Shown here: positions 20,668 through 31,443 of the stretch, piece by piece | Position numbering within the stretch: the stretch's first letter is position 1 | How the letters are laid out: each line of letters starts with the position of its first letter | Assembly (NCBI GenBank): GCA_965200155.1 | Contig: CBDATR010000034.1 | Location: 64,001 to 128,000 of the forward strand | Source of the DNA: Nitrosopumilaceae archaeon | Lineage (GTDB): Archaea > Thermoproteota > Nitrososphaeria > Nitrososphaerales > Nitrosopumilaceae | Reading direction: 5' to 3' | Length of the DNA stretch: 64,000 nt | Position numbers and translations under genes: made by a program | The notes under the pieces: generated by a model | Databases searched by the model: none | The model's input: only the letters and a program-made list of their open reading frames with translations | Told to the model about the DNA's origin: nothing

Positions 20668-21557
20668 GCCGATGCATGTGAATCATTTATGGAAACAATT
20701 CATGAAAATATAATAAAATCACCCAGCATTCATGTGGACGAAACTGGTATATCACTGGCGGGTAGGCGTGGTTGGGTATGGGGGATGCGGGCCGAAGAGT
20801 GGATGATATACAAAAGTAGGAGTTCAAATGTAGTGAACAAATACCTTAACGGTTACCAGGGAGCGATAGTAACGGACAGGTACGTTGTGTATCGCCGGTT
20901 TGATGACGGTGGGAAGCACCATCTGGGCGCATTTATTGCGCGATACCAGTATTTACATGCAGGATTCTATATTGATCCCGGTGCTCAGGACGCCCGGATC
21001 AAACTTGACAACGATTTGATCCGGAGCGCACGTGAATCGCTGCGGGCCGTCCGCGCAATTACGACACTCATTTGAGACAGGAGCAGATGCATCAGTACTG
21101 TGATGTTGATGATACTGAACTACAAAAGAAGGTAAAAGGATTGAATAAGGCCATACCATGTATGTTCGTATTCTTAGAATATGACTGTGTAGAGCCCACC
21201 AACAATCCAGCGGAGCAGTGGAACCGGTTCTGATACGCAGTGGTATTCCGCAAGATTAGTGGCCAGATAAAGGGTGGTGAAAGGGCCATGCGCAGAATGT
21301 CCACATGCGTTCAGACATGGAGGGCTCAGGGCCTTTCTGTAATGAACGAGGTTGTTGCCAGAATGCAGTTATAATTAAAAAACTGGGATGCATTCTATCT
21401 TATTATGTGATCAAAACACGTGAACTCATACACAAATTATTCCAATAAAAATTATTCAAATTCTACCCGCATTTATGTACTACAGATGGTCATCACGTAG
21501 TGATAACAGTCCTGCTGTGTAATTTGTGCACGAGATTGGCGAATATATCCTATCACA

Positions 21558-21702
21558 CTATTGTGGTCGCCGCATACTGGACGAATAGATAATGTTGTGG
21601 CAATCCCTACATATTCCCACCAAGTTTGTGGCATACAAGACGGGAATTATTGTGTGACAAGTGTATGATTTGTTGTCCGGAGACTTGCGGCAGTCGCTAT
21701 AA
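21558..21702. mobile_element. MITE-3-like element, degenerate
   Basis: Imperfect TIR related to CTATAGCGGCCACCATAAG. Confidence 0.45.
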
Positions 21703-21709
21703 TAGGGGT

Positions 21710-23032
21710 GTGGTTCAATATGATATTGTGGAGTATGATGTAGTCATTGTGGGCGGGGGCATACTGGGTGTATCTGTATCATACTATATGGGGTGCTTAA
21801 ACCCCGGTGCCCATATCGCGGTAATAGAGCGCGAGACCGGGGTGGCGCGTCATACCAGCGGCCGGAACACGGGCAAGGTACATGCACCATATCTGTATGA
21901 TCCCCACAAAAAGAGACTGTTTGCGCGCTCGGCACTGATTGGATACGACATGTGGAGGGAGTATGCAGCAGAGCACGATCTCCCCTTTAAGAGGGATGGC
22001 GTACTGGAGGTGGCCACCGAGTCTGGCCATAACAAGGTTCTTGACAAGTACTATAGATGGGGTAATCGTAACGGTTTGGACGAATCCGATATGGTTATGC
22101 TGGACTCCCGGCAGGTGTCAAACATGGAGCCTGAGGTGCGCTGCCACGGCGCCCTGCTGTGCAAGCGGGATGCTGCAGTAAATTATCGCGTAATGACCGA
22201 ATCACTAAAGCGCGAATCACAAAATGCCGGAGTCACTTTTTTGCTGGGCCAGAATGCCACTCATGTCAACTCTGTATCAGGTCATATACATGTGAGGGTA
22301 AACGGTGCAAAGACTGTCCGGGCCAAGTTCCTGATAAATACCGCAGGCGGCCAGGCCGTTGACGTGGCCCATCGGATGGGCGTGGCCAAAGAGTATACGG
22401 ATGTGCATTTTCGCGGTGAATACTGGCGTGCACCCCCGGAGTATTACTCTCTAACGAATACTAGCATATACTCGGTCCCCCGGTATGGTGATTATCCCTT
22501 TCTGGATCCCCACTGGATACGCCGGGTGGATGATACCTGTGAGGTAGGTCCCAACGCGGTTCCGGTATTCAGTCCATACGGGTATGGTGCAGCAGAGAAT
22601 GCGCGGCAACTACTCCCCAAGCTTCTAGAGATGCTCTCCTCCGGGGCCCGAATGACGCTGCTTGATGCCCGCTTCCAGTCCATGGCCATATCGGAGGTAA
22701 ACTCTGCAGTATCAAAGCATGCCATGATATCCCGGGTGCGCCGCTTTCTGCCGCGACTCCGGCCTGAACGGTTCAGGTACCGGGGAACCGCGGGAATACG
22801 CTCATCACTAATAGACAGGAGGGGGTCTTTTGTACCGGATGTTATAATACGGGAAGGCGCAGACTCCCTTCACATACTAAATTACAACTCGCCTGGCGCT
22901 ACCGGTGCCCTTCCCTTTGCCGCGCACATAGCGCACATGATTCATTCCAAGGGATTATACCGGAATAAGCTGGATGATGCCCAGTGCGGTATATGGCGGT
23001 TCGCTCATGTGATAGATTCTCTGAATATCTAG
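21710..23032 (+). CDS. FAD-dependent oxidoreductase, L-2-hydroxyglutarate oxidase (LhgO)-like; start approximate
   Basis: IVGGGILG, HTSGRNTG, FRGEY, GPNA, AGIRS, SPGATGA. Confidence 0.85.
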   Translation: MVQYDIVEYDVVIVGGGILGVSVSYYMGCLNPGAHIAVIERETGVARHTSGRNTGKVHAPYLYDPHKKRLFARSALIGYDMWREYAAEHDLPFKRDGVLEVATESGHNKVLDKYYRWGNRNGLDESDMVMLDSRQVSNMEPEVRCHGALLCKRDAAVNYRVMTESLKRESQNAGVTFLLGQNATHVNSVSGHIHVRVNGAKTVRAKFLINTAGGQAVDVAHRMGVAKEYTDVHFRGEYWRAPPEYYSLTNTSIYSVPRYGDYPFLDPHWIRRVDDTCEVGPNAVPVFSPYGYGAAENARQLLPKLLEMLSSGARMTLLDARFQSMAISEVNSAVSKHAMISRVRRFLPRLRPERFRYRGTAGIRSSLIDRRGSFVPDVIIREGADSLHILNYNSPGATGALPFAAHIAHMIHSKGLYRNKLDDAQCGIWRFAHVIDSLNI

Positions 23033-23706
23033 GAGAGTTTTTGTTGTCCTCCCTCAGCCTCCTTGTACTGCCTGTTGTCCAGCATATGCCTGATTTGGGT
23101 GGCCTTGGCGCGGCCCAGGACCTTAGCCAGATCCGCCGAGGTAGCTCCCAGTGCTGCCATGGGCGTCTCAAAGCGTTGCAGAAGCTTATTGCCCAATACG
23201 GTACCAACTCCTGGTAGACTGCATAATATTGTGAGCTGCTGTCTCTCTGTGTCCTGGTACTTGCGTATCTTTTTGAGTAATGGGCCTGGGTGAGAGCGCT
23301 TCCGGACTGCCATGGATATCAGCAGTTTGGCTGTATGCGCCGCGTTGGGGGTGGGTATTACGGGTATGCCATACTCCAGTACTATGCGGCTTAGGGCACC
23401 ATAGAATACCAGCGGATTCTCGGTTATGTTTGATAACTCGTTGGTATTTCCCTCCAGTGCCAGAACTGGATGATCAAAGTGCTCTTTCAGTCGCGCACAC
23501 TGATCAAACAGCCTGCCATCAAATACGGACGCAACAAAGTCCGATATACTCTTGCGCTCTACGATGGTCTCGCTGGCAACTATGTAATCGCCCACGGGTA
23601 GCACCTCTATCTCTAGTGTCAGTCCTACCTGTTTTAGAAGATTTGGTATACCACATTTTCGTTCCCGCTCATCGGCCACTATGCGCAGGTTTTGAAGGTC
23701 CATCAT
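23029..23706 (-). CDS. ERCC4/XPF-family endonuclease
   Basis: ADERE, GDY, VERKS and HhH (LPGVG) motifs. Confidence 0.9.
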   Translation of the reverse strand: MMDLQNLRIVADERERKCGIPNLLKQVGLTLEIEVLPVGDYIVASETIVERKSISDFVASVFDGRLFDQCARLKEHFDHPVLALEGNTNELSNITENPLVFYGALSRIVLEYGIPVIPTPNAAHTAKLLISMAVRKRSHPGPLLKKIRKYQDTERQQLTILCSLPGVGTVLGNKLLQRFETPMAALGATSADLAKVLGRAKATQIRHMLDNRQYKEAEGGQQKLS

Positions 23707-24065
23707 ACGGGATTTGCGGCGCCGCCCCTGAGAGCCTCGTTTATCTTGGCTTCCTGCTCCTTGAGGGTGGTGGCAAGCTTGTCTTTCTGCTTGTCCATTA
23801 TGGTAATGCGGGTCTTGGCTAGCTGTATTACCTCGTCCAGATCATCGGTGATTGCCTTGCGGTCACCCCGTACCAGTATGGGACCGGTCTGCCTGTACAC
23901 TGTGTCCTCATCTGATGCCTTTTGCAACTCGTCAATGGCCCTTTCTGCATCGACTCTTTCCATTTCTATCTGCTGTATCTGTGACATGATGTTGTTCAGG
24001 TTGCCCTGGGTCTGCCTGTACGTATTGATTTGCTCCTCCAGCCATGGTGGTATTTTGGCGCTCAC
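23703..24065 (-). CDS. pfdB: Prefoldin beta subunit
   Basis: Coiled coils with VYRQTGPILV; exosome superoperon context. Confidence 0.9.
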   Translation of the reverse strand: MSAKIPPWLEEQINTYRQTQGNLNNIMSQIQQIEMERVDAERAIDELQKASDEDTVYRQTGPILVRGDRKAITDDLDEVIQLAKTRITIMDKQKDKLATTLKEQEAKINEALRGGAANPV

Positions 24066-24115
24066 TATACTGATTGATTGACTTCGTGATTATAACCCTA
24101 TCGACAGCTATTGCT

Positions 24116-24258
24116 GTAACCGTTTAGGCCACGTTAAAGATCATATATCTGGATGGTAAATTCATGGGTATGTGTGAGGTATCATGATTGAAAAAGCAAG
24201 AACAGATATGTTGGCGGTGTATTTTGAACAGTTACCCAAGAGTGACCTAAACGGTTAC
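24116..24258. mobile_element. MITE-2 (GTAACCGTTTAGG TIR), subfamily a
   Basis: TIR; interior similar to reverse complement of 47466-47599. Confidence 0.8.
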
Positions 24259-24305
24259 TACTCCCTCCTCTTAGCTTAAATTGAATGAGCGAGAATCATA
24301 ACACG

Positions 24306-24745
24306 ATGACACAAGAAAGAGCCACAATCCAAGTCTCCGGAAAGGTTCAGGGGGTGGGACTCCGCAATAGTGTTAAAAATGTGGCGAAAGAAATTGGGCT
24401 GAAAGGTAGTGTGAAGAACCTTGAGAGGACGAATCCGTATTAATCATATGCGAGGGTGAAAGACAGTACATAGAGTCACTCATTGCTGCCATCAACAAAT
24501 TGGAAGAACCTGTACAAATAGATGATATGCAAGTGAAATATACTGCTGCCACTGGAGAATTCACCATATTCAAGATAATCTTGGGAGACATGCAATTAGA
24601 AATGCTCAACGCATTGAATACCAGCGTTTCTCGGCTAAATACGCTAATTGACTACGTAAAGCATCACTCAAAGCAGTTCGACACACTCATAGACATCTTT
24701 GCTCAAAAAGATCGGGGTCGACTCCAAGATCAACCACAGGTTTAA
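24306..24745 (+). pseudogene. Acylphosphatase-domain protein with C-terminal extension, frameshifted
   Basis: SGKVQGVGLR..GLKGSVKNL; frameshift near 24425 into the frame of 24500-24745. Confidence 0.75.
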
Positions 24746-24753
24746 TCATACTG

Positions 24754-24946
24754 GTAATCGTTTAGGTCACCCAAGTATTTTTCCTAATGCGCCACCAAGG
24801 TAGGGACTAAATCCTGTTATCCCACTGCGCGACATTTACAATCACAGCATACGTTAGGGCTAGCGGGGTTTATCACCTACCGCTTAGGGCTTGTTGTTAC
24901 CGAATTTTGTGTCATGAAAGCAATTAGGAGAGACCTAAACGGTTAT
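24754..24946. mobile_element. MITE-2 subfamily b
   Basis: TIR; interior similar to 36434-36648. Confidence 0.8.
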
Positions 24947-24955
24947 CCTATTGCT

Positions 24956-25231
24956 GTAACCGTTTAGATCACTCTTCCATATGTGCTGCCATGTGGGGGG
25001 ATTAACTCCTGTTATTTCACTACACTACAAGGTAGCACAGTGTAGGTATGAGTTCACCTGTGTCTAAATTTACGCATAACTGATGGAACAGGTTGTTCTA
25101 GTTAATGTGATTTGTGCATAAGATTCCGGAAGACGTGAACTCATACCAGTGTAGGGCCGGCGGGGGATCATTTCATACTAGATTTTGTACCATAAAAATA
25201 CACCTCAATTCGGAGCAGCCTAAACGGTTAC
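24956..25231. mobile_element. MITE-2 subfamily b with nested MITE-1
   Basis: TIR; interior similar to 47610-47770. Confidence 0.8.
25046..25146. mobile_element. MITE-1 variant A
   Basis: TIR; TSD CAGTGTAG. Confidence 0.95.
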
Positions 25232-25590
25232 GGCGTCACTTCGTCAATGCCAGTGTCGCGTGATAACGGAGTGAGATTGGTGCTGTTCTGCTAGCGTCTA
25301 TCATAAATCTCTAAGTCACACATTTATCTCACACAATCTATTCTTGCATGCCACAGACTTGTGGAATATGTTATGGGGGGTTGTATAGCTGGTACAATGG
25401 CGAATACGCAATCAGAATACGGGAATGCTATTTGCCGGAGTGTTCTAAACGGCTATACTACTGCTGGCTTTACAGGGGGCGACGATCAATCATGACATCT
25501 TACACGATCAAATTTTAGGGGAGAGACGATGCGTATTATGGGTACCGTCAATTTTACCACGAGCCAGACATTGTCTCGGTTACTGGTATC

Positions 25591-25842
25591 TTATGTCCGT
25601 GTATCAGTCGATGTCATGGCAGCATCGGCAGCCTTGGCTAGGCGTAGTATACTGTTTATGCCCGCGCGCAGATGGGCTAGGCGCGCAGCGGAGACTGTTA
25701 CTGTTATTGCTTGATCATTACATGACATGCTTGCAGTATCCGGGCCGGTATAGTACTCGTTGTCTATGCGTATGGCGTCATAGAGGGCGCGGGTCCGGTC
25801 TCCCGAGCGCATGTTTATGGTAACACTAAATCTTGATGTCAT
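25591..25842 (-). CDS. pcc1: KEOPS complex subunit Pcc1
   Basis: HLRAGINSILRL motif; downstream of rpl37ae. Confidence 0.8.
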   Translation of the reverse strand: MTSRFSVTINMRSGDRTRALYDAIRIDNEYYTGPDTASMSCNDQAITVTVSAARLAHLRAGINSILRLAKAADAAMTSTDTRT

Positions 25843-26035
25843 AGGCAGTGCCGGTAACCTTGTAGGCACACTTTTTGCAGGTCCATATTCCTACCGCTAC
25901 ACGCCCAAAGCTGGGAGAACCGCATTTGGGGCAGAGACGCCGGGCCTTGAGTACACGGTGAACCTTACTGTACTGCTTTCTTATTTTGATACCGTATCTT
26001 GCACCAAGGCCTTTCAGGGGCTTTTGCTTCTTCAT
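25826..26035 (-). CDS. rpl37ae: 50S ribosomal protein L37Ae
   Basis: GARYG, CPKC..GIWTCKKC. Confidence 0.95.
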   Translation of the reverse strand: MKKQKPLKGLGARYGIKIRKQYSKVHRVLKARRLCPKCGSPSFGRVAVGIWTCKKCAYKVTGTAYDIKI

Positions 26036-26838
26036 TTTGTGGTCGCCTCTAGGATATCACGTATGGTCTGGGATACCTTTAGGGCCGTCTCGCCACAGTA
26101 TAGTAATTCGTCTAGGGTAAAGCCGTTCTTGCCCCCCTTTTGCAGGGCGCAGATATTCTGATCAGAATCGGTAGTTATGGTTATGCGCGCGTCCATACAG
26201 TTCCACTCGTCCAGATTCGGGTCTACCACTATGTGTTCGCCTATCTTGGCCATGGTGGTGGATACCGGTATGGTGGTTGTAGGTACTGCTTGCGTCCCTT
26301 CCAGTCGCGTAAGGCCATTTTCACCAAACTCCCATTGTGGCATCTGTGCCGAGAGTATGGCAGTAGTTGCCGCATAGGAGCATGCATCAAATAAGTTTCC
26401 ATCGTGGTCCACTACCACATTGTCAGCAAAGACGCCTACCACTGACTCATTCCTCTTTATCACCAGCTGTGACAAGTCTACCATGTGACTCTCCCGTATT
26501 CCCCTGTCTACTACCCGGGCCAGTTCTATAACTCTCTCGTTGGGTGGCCCGGTCTCTACGGTGGGGTGTGATATGGGAAGCATCTCTGCGGTACAAATGA
26601 GTATGCCCTTGTCTCCTACATCGGAGAATGGCCTGTCCGATTGTACCTTTACCCCGCAGATCACCTCGGATTTGCCCAGCCGAACCCGTGCCGAACCGTT
26701 TGCTTTTGGTATTACGCCTGTCTCTATGTTGAGGGGGCGGTATTCGTCCATGGTCCTACCGTCTATTCTCTTGTCTTCCTGTAACAAGTTCAGTATGCGA
26801 CGGCGCTTGAGTTCGTCCATGGTCGAAAAGACAGTCAT
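26032..26838 (-). CDS. rrp42: Exosome complex component Rrp42
   Basis: RIDGR, ELARVVDRGIRES, DGNLFDA; ATGA overlap with rrp41. Confidence 0.95.
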   Translation of the reverse strand: MTVFSTMDELKRRRILNLLQEDKRIDGRTMDEYRPLNIETGVIPKANGSARVRLGKSEVICGVKVQSDRPFSDVGDKGILICTAEMLPISHPTVETGPPNERVIELARVVDRGIRESHMVDLSQLVIKRNESVVGVFADNVVVDHDGNLFDACSYAATTAILSAQMPQWEFGENGLTRLEGTQAVPTTTIPVSTTMAKIGEHIVVDPNLDEWNCMDARITITTDSDQNICALQKGGKNGFTLDELLYCGETALKVSQTIRDILEATTK

Positions 26839-27569
26839 TGTGAATCCTCTGAGAAGTATCTCTCCATAAGCGCCTGCTTTTGCAGTTCGTAGACAACTTT
26901 GCAGCCCTCTATGCCGGTCTGTATGCATTTCTTGTACTCGTCTAGGGACATTACGCCATCCAGCTGTAATAGTGTTACTTTGTTGAGGTTGGGCATATAT
27001 GCCACGGGCATATCAGCCTGTCCCGCTTGGTCTTCCTCGTTGTTTATGTCTAATACTATGGTATCTGCTACCTTTCCTGCTGCGCACGCGGATACCATGT
27101 CCCGCATGGGTATGCCTGCGTCGGCTAGCGCCACGGCCGCGGCATCCAGTGCGGCACAACGACTCCCTCCATCTGCCTGCAGTATCTCTATGTATACATC
27201 CACTGCCGTTCTGGGGAATCTCTCCAACATTACTGCTGCTTCCAGGGCCTCCTTTATGACCTTGGATATCTCTATCTCCCTCCTGCTGGGTGCTGGGTTC
27301 TTGCGCTCGGTCACCGAGAATGATGCCATGTGATAGCGACAGCGCAGTATGCCGGTGTCAGCGTCGGACATGTGCTTTGGATGGACATCCCGGGGTCCAT
27401 AAACACCTGCCACTATCTTGTTGTCACCAAACTCTATGGACGCGGATCCGTCCGCATTATTCAGTACGCCTGCCTTTATCACTATTCGGCGAGGTTCGTC
27501 TATCTTGCGGCCGTCACAACGTATTCCGTTCTCGTCCAGCAGTATCATGTCTGTGTCTCGGCCACCCAT
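26835..27569 (-). CDS. rrp41: Exosome exonuclease Rrp41
   Basis: RNase PH motifs RCDGR, ADGGSR, DMPVA. Confidence 0.96.
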   Translation of the reverse strand: MGGRDTDMILLDENGIRCDGRKIDEPRRIVIKAGVLNNADGSASIEFGDNKIVAGVYGPRDVHPKHMSDADTGILRCRYHMASFSVTERKNPAPSRREIEISKVIKEALEAAVMLERFPRTAVDVYIEILQADGGSRCAALDAAAVALADAGIPMRDMVSACAAGKVADTIVLDINNEEDQAGQADMPVAYMPNLNKVTLLQLDGVMSLDEYKKCIQTGIEGCKVVYELQKQALMERYFSEDSQ

Positions 27570-28246
27570 TAGCTTCGTCCCTCCAGCATCAAGCGAACCT
27601 TCTCTGTGAGGTTTGGGGTATGAGCCATATTATCTACCATTTGGATGGCTTTTTTAGCCTTTAATAACCCCTCTGGATCGTCACAACTCGCCACTATCCA
27701 GCCGTTTTGGCCTACCGTAATTAGGGAGTCTGTTATGGTCTCAATCATCTGTATCATGGTGCCGCGCTTTCCTATCAGACGCGGTATCTTGCTTGGCGCT
27801 ATCTCTATCAGCTCCCCTGACTCTATTCTGCCAAGATCCCTGTCAGTTATGGTAAGTAGTGGATCCCTGCTACGATCCGAGTTGGCCACACGCGCGGCCA
27901 CCATATCACCTCGCCTTAGGCGGGTAGCAAGCTCATCGGAGCGGGCCGAGAAGTCGCGACCAAATACGTCTGTGGCGGGCAGGAACCCAACATAACACGA
28001 GTTGATGTCCAGCTCCCATGACAGTGACGTATGGCTGATTACCTTGCCTACAACCAAATCATCTATGCGCGGCATGTATTTGCCGTTGAGGGGTATGACC
28101 CTGACCGATTGATCGTTAATCTCTGAGATACCTACAGTAGTGGCCACCACCAAGCGACCATCCATGATTGTATTCTCCTCCGCTCTGTATGTACCACTGA
28201 CTATTACGTCGCCCGGTATCACATACTTTCGCTTACTGTCATTCAT
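27569..28246 (-). CDS. rrp4: Exosome RNA-binding protein Rrp4
   Basis: S1 and KH domains (PRLIGKRG, GQNGWI). Confidence 0.95.
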   Translation of the reverse strand: MNDSKRKYVIPGDVIVSGTYRAEENTIMDGRLVVATTVGISEINDQSVRVIPLNGKYMPRIDDLVVGKVISHTSLSWELDINSCYVGFLPATDVFGRDFSARSDELATRLRRGDMVAARVANSDRSRDPLLTITDRDLGRIESGELIEIAPSKIPRLIGKRGTMIQMIETITDSLITVGQNGWIVASCDDPEGLLKAKKAIQMVDNMAHTPNLTEKVRLMLEGRS

Positions 28247-28932
28247 TGGACTGCCTCCACGGTGGCGGTCCCACGGGTAATCTGATTCAATCTCTCTATC
28301 ACTGTCTGTCTTGCAGCTGCTGATATTTCTAGTATTGCTTTGAGGGATCCGTTTGCCTGCCAGTCCGCGGCGCTCAATTCTCCCAGGGACTTGAGTGCCG
28401 AGTATGACTGGGCAGCAAACTGGGCCGGTATCATTACTGCCAGGGCGGTACTTTCAGTCTTCATTGGTATTATGGCGCGTACCTTGTCAACAATGTCTGG
28501 TATTTGATCCTGCGCTGATTTTTGAGGATCAATGGTGACGCGCGCATCCCGGATGGCCTGCTCTATGCGCAATGGCGGGTGGGGAAGGTGTGTGCGCGGG
28601 TCCACGTAAGTCTTTGATATGCGCTCTATTATCTGAAGGCGCTTGGCCTCTGTCATCTTGCGACGCTGTGCCGTGGTGAGATTCAGAATACCCTTCTTGA
28701 GTATTGCATCGGCCGCGATCACCGCATCGGTAGTCCCGAAGGCATTTTGAAGACTCTCAGAGGAGGCCCGGGTTCCCTGCCCCGAGTCAGTATACACATC
28801 CTCGGAGACTAGAATGGATGAGATGGCTATCTTCTTGCCGGTGCGATATGCTAGTGCCGGATCCGGTTTTACCAATATCTCAAACTTTGTATCACCATGA
28901 GCGTATCGTGCCACGGTATAATCTACCATCAT
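28243..28932 (-). CDS. Ribosome maturation factor SBDS/SDO1
   Basis: FEILVKPD, DPRTHLPHPPLRIE. Confidence 0.93.
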   Translation of the reverse strand: MMVDYTVARYAHGDTKFEILVKPDPALAYRTGKKIAISSILVSEDVYTDSGQGTRASSESLQNAFGTTDAVIAADAILKKGILNLTTAQRRKMTEAKRLQIIERISKTYVDPRTHLPHPPLRIEQAIRDARVTIDPQKSAQDQIPDIVDKVRAIIPMKTESTALAVMIPAQFAAQSYSALKSLGELSAADWQANGSLKAILEISAAARQTVIERLNQITRGTATVEAVQ

Positions 28933-29057
28933 GGTGCTCTTATGCGCCCGGTATTTATCTATAAGGACACATCATGACTTCTGCCTTATGCTCTAGAATG
29001 GTATTGCTACAAGGAGTTATGTAACATGCTATGATGTGGGTAACTACGATTACCTTG

Positions 29058-29288
29058 TTATTTTTGGCTGATCTTGAACATTTCTACAGTTAGTAGATCA
29101 ATGGCCTTCTTGAGATGCCCAAACTCGTTGATGCTGTGGCTCTGACCCTGTACTAGGTGCCGGAGTATGGCAATGATGCCCTTCTGAAACTCGTCCTTGG
29201 CGTATATCTCCAGCGCGTTAAGCTTGGCGTGCAGTATCTCTAAATCCTGTCGCATCTTTTCTGGTGTTTCATGTTTTCCCAATTGCAT
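29058..29288 (-). CDS. Hypothetical helical protein
   Basis: 76-aa ORF with protein-like composition. Confidence 0.6.
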   Translation of the reverse strand: MQLGKHETPEKMRQDLEILHAKLNALEIYAKDEFQKGIIAILRHLVQGQSHSINEFGHLKKAIDLLTVEMFKISQK

Positions 29289-29362
29289 CTGGTATACTGT
29301 GATGTACCATTATGACTGTATCGATGGGGGATTTACTTGCTGTCTGCATGCTCAGCGCAGTC

Positions 29363-29463
29363 GTATGAGTTCACCTGTGTCTAAATTTACGCATAACTGA
29401 TGGAACAGGTTGTTCTAGTTAATGTGATTTGTGCATAAGATTCCGGAAGGCGTGAACTCATAC
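29363..29463. mobile_element. MITE-1 variant A
   Basis: TIR; TSD GCGCAGTC/GCACAGTC. Confidence 0.92.
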
Positions 29464-29593
29464 GCACAGTCTGCTATCCTGCATCCATGTCCATTAGGTT
29501 GTGGGTATCTCCGGAGATTCCGGCAACCCATATGTGACCCCGGCGCCACTTTACATCACTAGATTTTTATGTATGCCATAAAGTTGTTTCCTG

Positions 29594-30187
29594 TTGTATT
29601 CAGTGGAGATACTGTCAAGCGAGGATAGCAGAATCAGCGTCAGGCTGGTGGGCTTTCCCATACAATATGCCAACGCACTGAGGCGCATATGCCTCAACGG
29701 GATATCAACATATGCCATACATGCCGTGGATGTAGTGGAAAATACATCGGTTCTGGCCGATGAGGGACTGGCACACAGACTGGCCCTGATTCCACTGATT
29801 ACGCCCCGTGACGAAATACACACTCCTGATAACCGTGTCATGCTCATACTGGATTCGGGCAACGCCTTGGAGACCACTACCGTTACCACTGGCAGCCTAT
29901 CCTCCGAGGACTCTGTAATAAAACCTGTATCTGATGATATACCCATAGTGGAGCTGGCTCCGGGACAAAAGGTAATTGCCGAGTGCTATGCCATACTGGG
30001 CCGGGGATCTGAGCACGCCAAGTGGAACACTTCCAATATAGCGACTCTTACAGGAACCGAGGAAGAGGGTCTTGTTCTTACTGTCGAATCCGCCGGTTCC
30101 ATGACACCCAAGGATATTCTGTTAGCGGGTATGGATGAACTGACGCATAGGCTGGAGCAGTTCCAGGAAACTATATCCTCTCGCTAG
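29594..30187 (+). CDS. rpo3: DNA-directed RNA polymerase subunit Rpo3 (D)
   Basis: YANALRR, ENTSVLADEGLAHRLALIPL, GSEHAKW. Confidence 0.95.
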   Translation: MYSVEILSSEDSRISVRLVGFPIQYANALRRICLNGISTYAIHAVDVVENTSVLADEGLAHRLALIPLITPRDEIHTPDNRVMLILDSGNALETTTVTTGSLSSEDSVIKPVSDDIPIVELAPGQKVIAECYAILGRGSEHAKWNTSNIATLTGTEEEGLVLTVESAGSMTPKDILLAGMDELTHRLEQFQETISSR

Positions 30188-30268
30188 ATACTGTACATAC
30201 AAGCCGTGCCAAAGAACTGTACGTTTTATCAATTACAATAAATCAGTAGCCTGACTACCAATCACTGC

Positions 30269-30362
30269 TTATGGCGGCCACCATAAGTGTCTGGGTAACA
30301 AATCCTACATTTGACACAGACAATCCCCGTCTTGCATGTCAGAGTTATGGCGTTCGCTATAG
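30269..30362. mobile_element. MITE-3-like element
   Basis: Imperfect TIR TATGGCGGCCACCATAA / TTATGGCGTTCGCTATA. Confidence 0.55.
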
Positions 30363-30662
30363 CCGTATCAAAGGCAGTCTGAGTAGTACATCATTCCTTC
30401 AATCAAATGTATGAATCGTACTGATCGTGGTTATCGTAGTCGTTTGGAATGCACAAAAACCATTCACCATCATATGGGACAAGTTCCGGCACGATCATGC
30501 TGTGGCCATACAGGAAGATTAGTCCGTCTCAAATACATTGAATCCATGTCAATGGCTACCCGGAACAGGAAAGACTATGTTGTCTGGGTATGTGGTGCGA
30601 CTTTAACGATTATCACATCATATTACTAACCGTTAATATTGGAGTGTATAGGGTGAATCCCG

Positions 30663-31007
30663 TTGAACGAGCAGAGGGTACGTATGGCGCGCCAACTCAG
30701 AAAGGCCTCCACATCACAAAAGGCGCCTATATGGAAGCGATTGTCAAGCGAGGCTCTAAAGCCATCCATTGCCAGGCGTACCATTAACATAAACAAGCTT
30801 GCAAAGCTTACAAAGAATGGCGACACGGTGGCTTTTGCCGGTAAGGTTTTGGGTACCGGAAGTATATCCCACAGCATAACTCTATTCTCCTTTGGCATCT
30901 CACAGTCGGCCGCATCAAAGATAACTCAGGCTGGCGGACGTATCGTGAGTCATGATACCATTCTGTCCGAGAGACCCGCGGGGTCAGGGGTGCTATTACT
31001 TGGCTGA
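30663..31007 (+). CDS. rpl18e: 50S ribosomal protein L18e
   Basis: APIWK, NINKL, GKVLGTG. Confidence 0.93.
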   Translation: MNEQRVRMARQLRKASTSQKAPIWKRLSSEALKPSIARRTININKLAKLTKNGDTVAFAGKVLGTGSISHSITLFSFGISQSAASKITQAGGRIVSHDTILSERPAGSGVLLLG

Positions 31008-31011
31008 GGAC

Positions 31012-31443
31012 ATGCTACACATTGTGGTGGATTCTACGGATCACGTGGCCGGTCGGTTGGCATCATATACAGCCAAGATGCTACTGAAAGGTAATCGTGT
31101 CACACTGGTGAACTGTGAAAGAATAATGGTCAGCGGATCCCGTAGTAACATAATAGGTGAGCATCGGAAATTTCTTGAAGTCGCTAGTATACTCAACCCG
31201 AAACACGGCCCATTCCACCCCCGCCGACCGGATACCATAATGGAGAGGATGGTCCGGGGCATGCTTCCGCGAAAGAAGCCGTCCGGCCGCGCCGCCCACA
31301 AACGGCTTCGTACGTATATCGGCGTACCAAAAGAGGTAAAGTCTCTCAAAAAGATACAGGTTGAAAACGCGCGCATAAGGCGGGCAGCCTACACGTATAC
31401 TACCATGGCCGACATTGGCAGGACCATAGGGTGGACAGAATGA
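31012..31443 (+). CDS. rpl13: 50S ribosomal protein L13
   Basis: GRLAS, GPFHPRRPD, VRGMLP. Confidence 0.95.
   Translation: MLHIVVDSTDHVAGRLASYTAKMLLKGNRVTLVNCERIMVSGSRSNIIGEHRKFLEVASILNPKHGPFHPRRPDTIMERMVRGMLPRKKPSGRAAHKRLRTYIGVPKEVKSLKKIQVENARIRRAAYTYTTMADIGRTIGWTE

Larger units (their letters stand above)
19992..21431 (+). pseudogene. Degraded second IS66 copy, opposite orientation, with 3' end TIR
   Basis: Near-identical to 18297-19380 with many small deletions; interrupted at 20282-20667. Confidence 0.88.

Noticed and set aside
24116-25457. MITE-2 units as integron attC cassettes
   Set aside because: No integrase in the window; ends match an IS66-like terminus at 53061.
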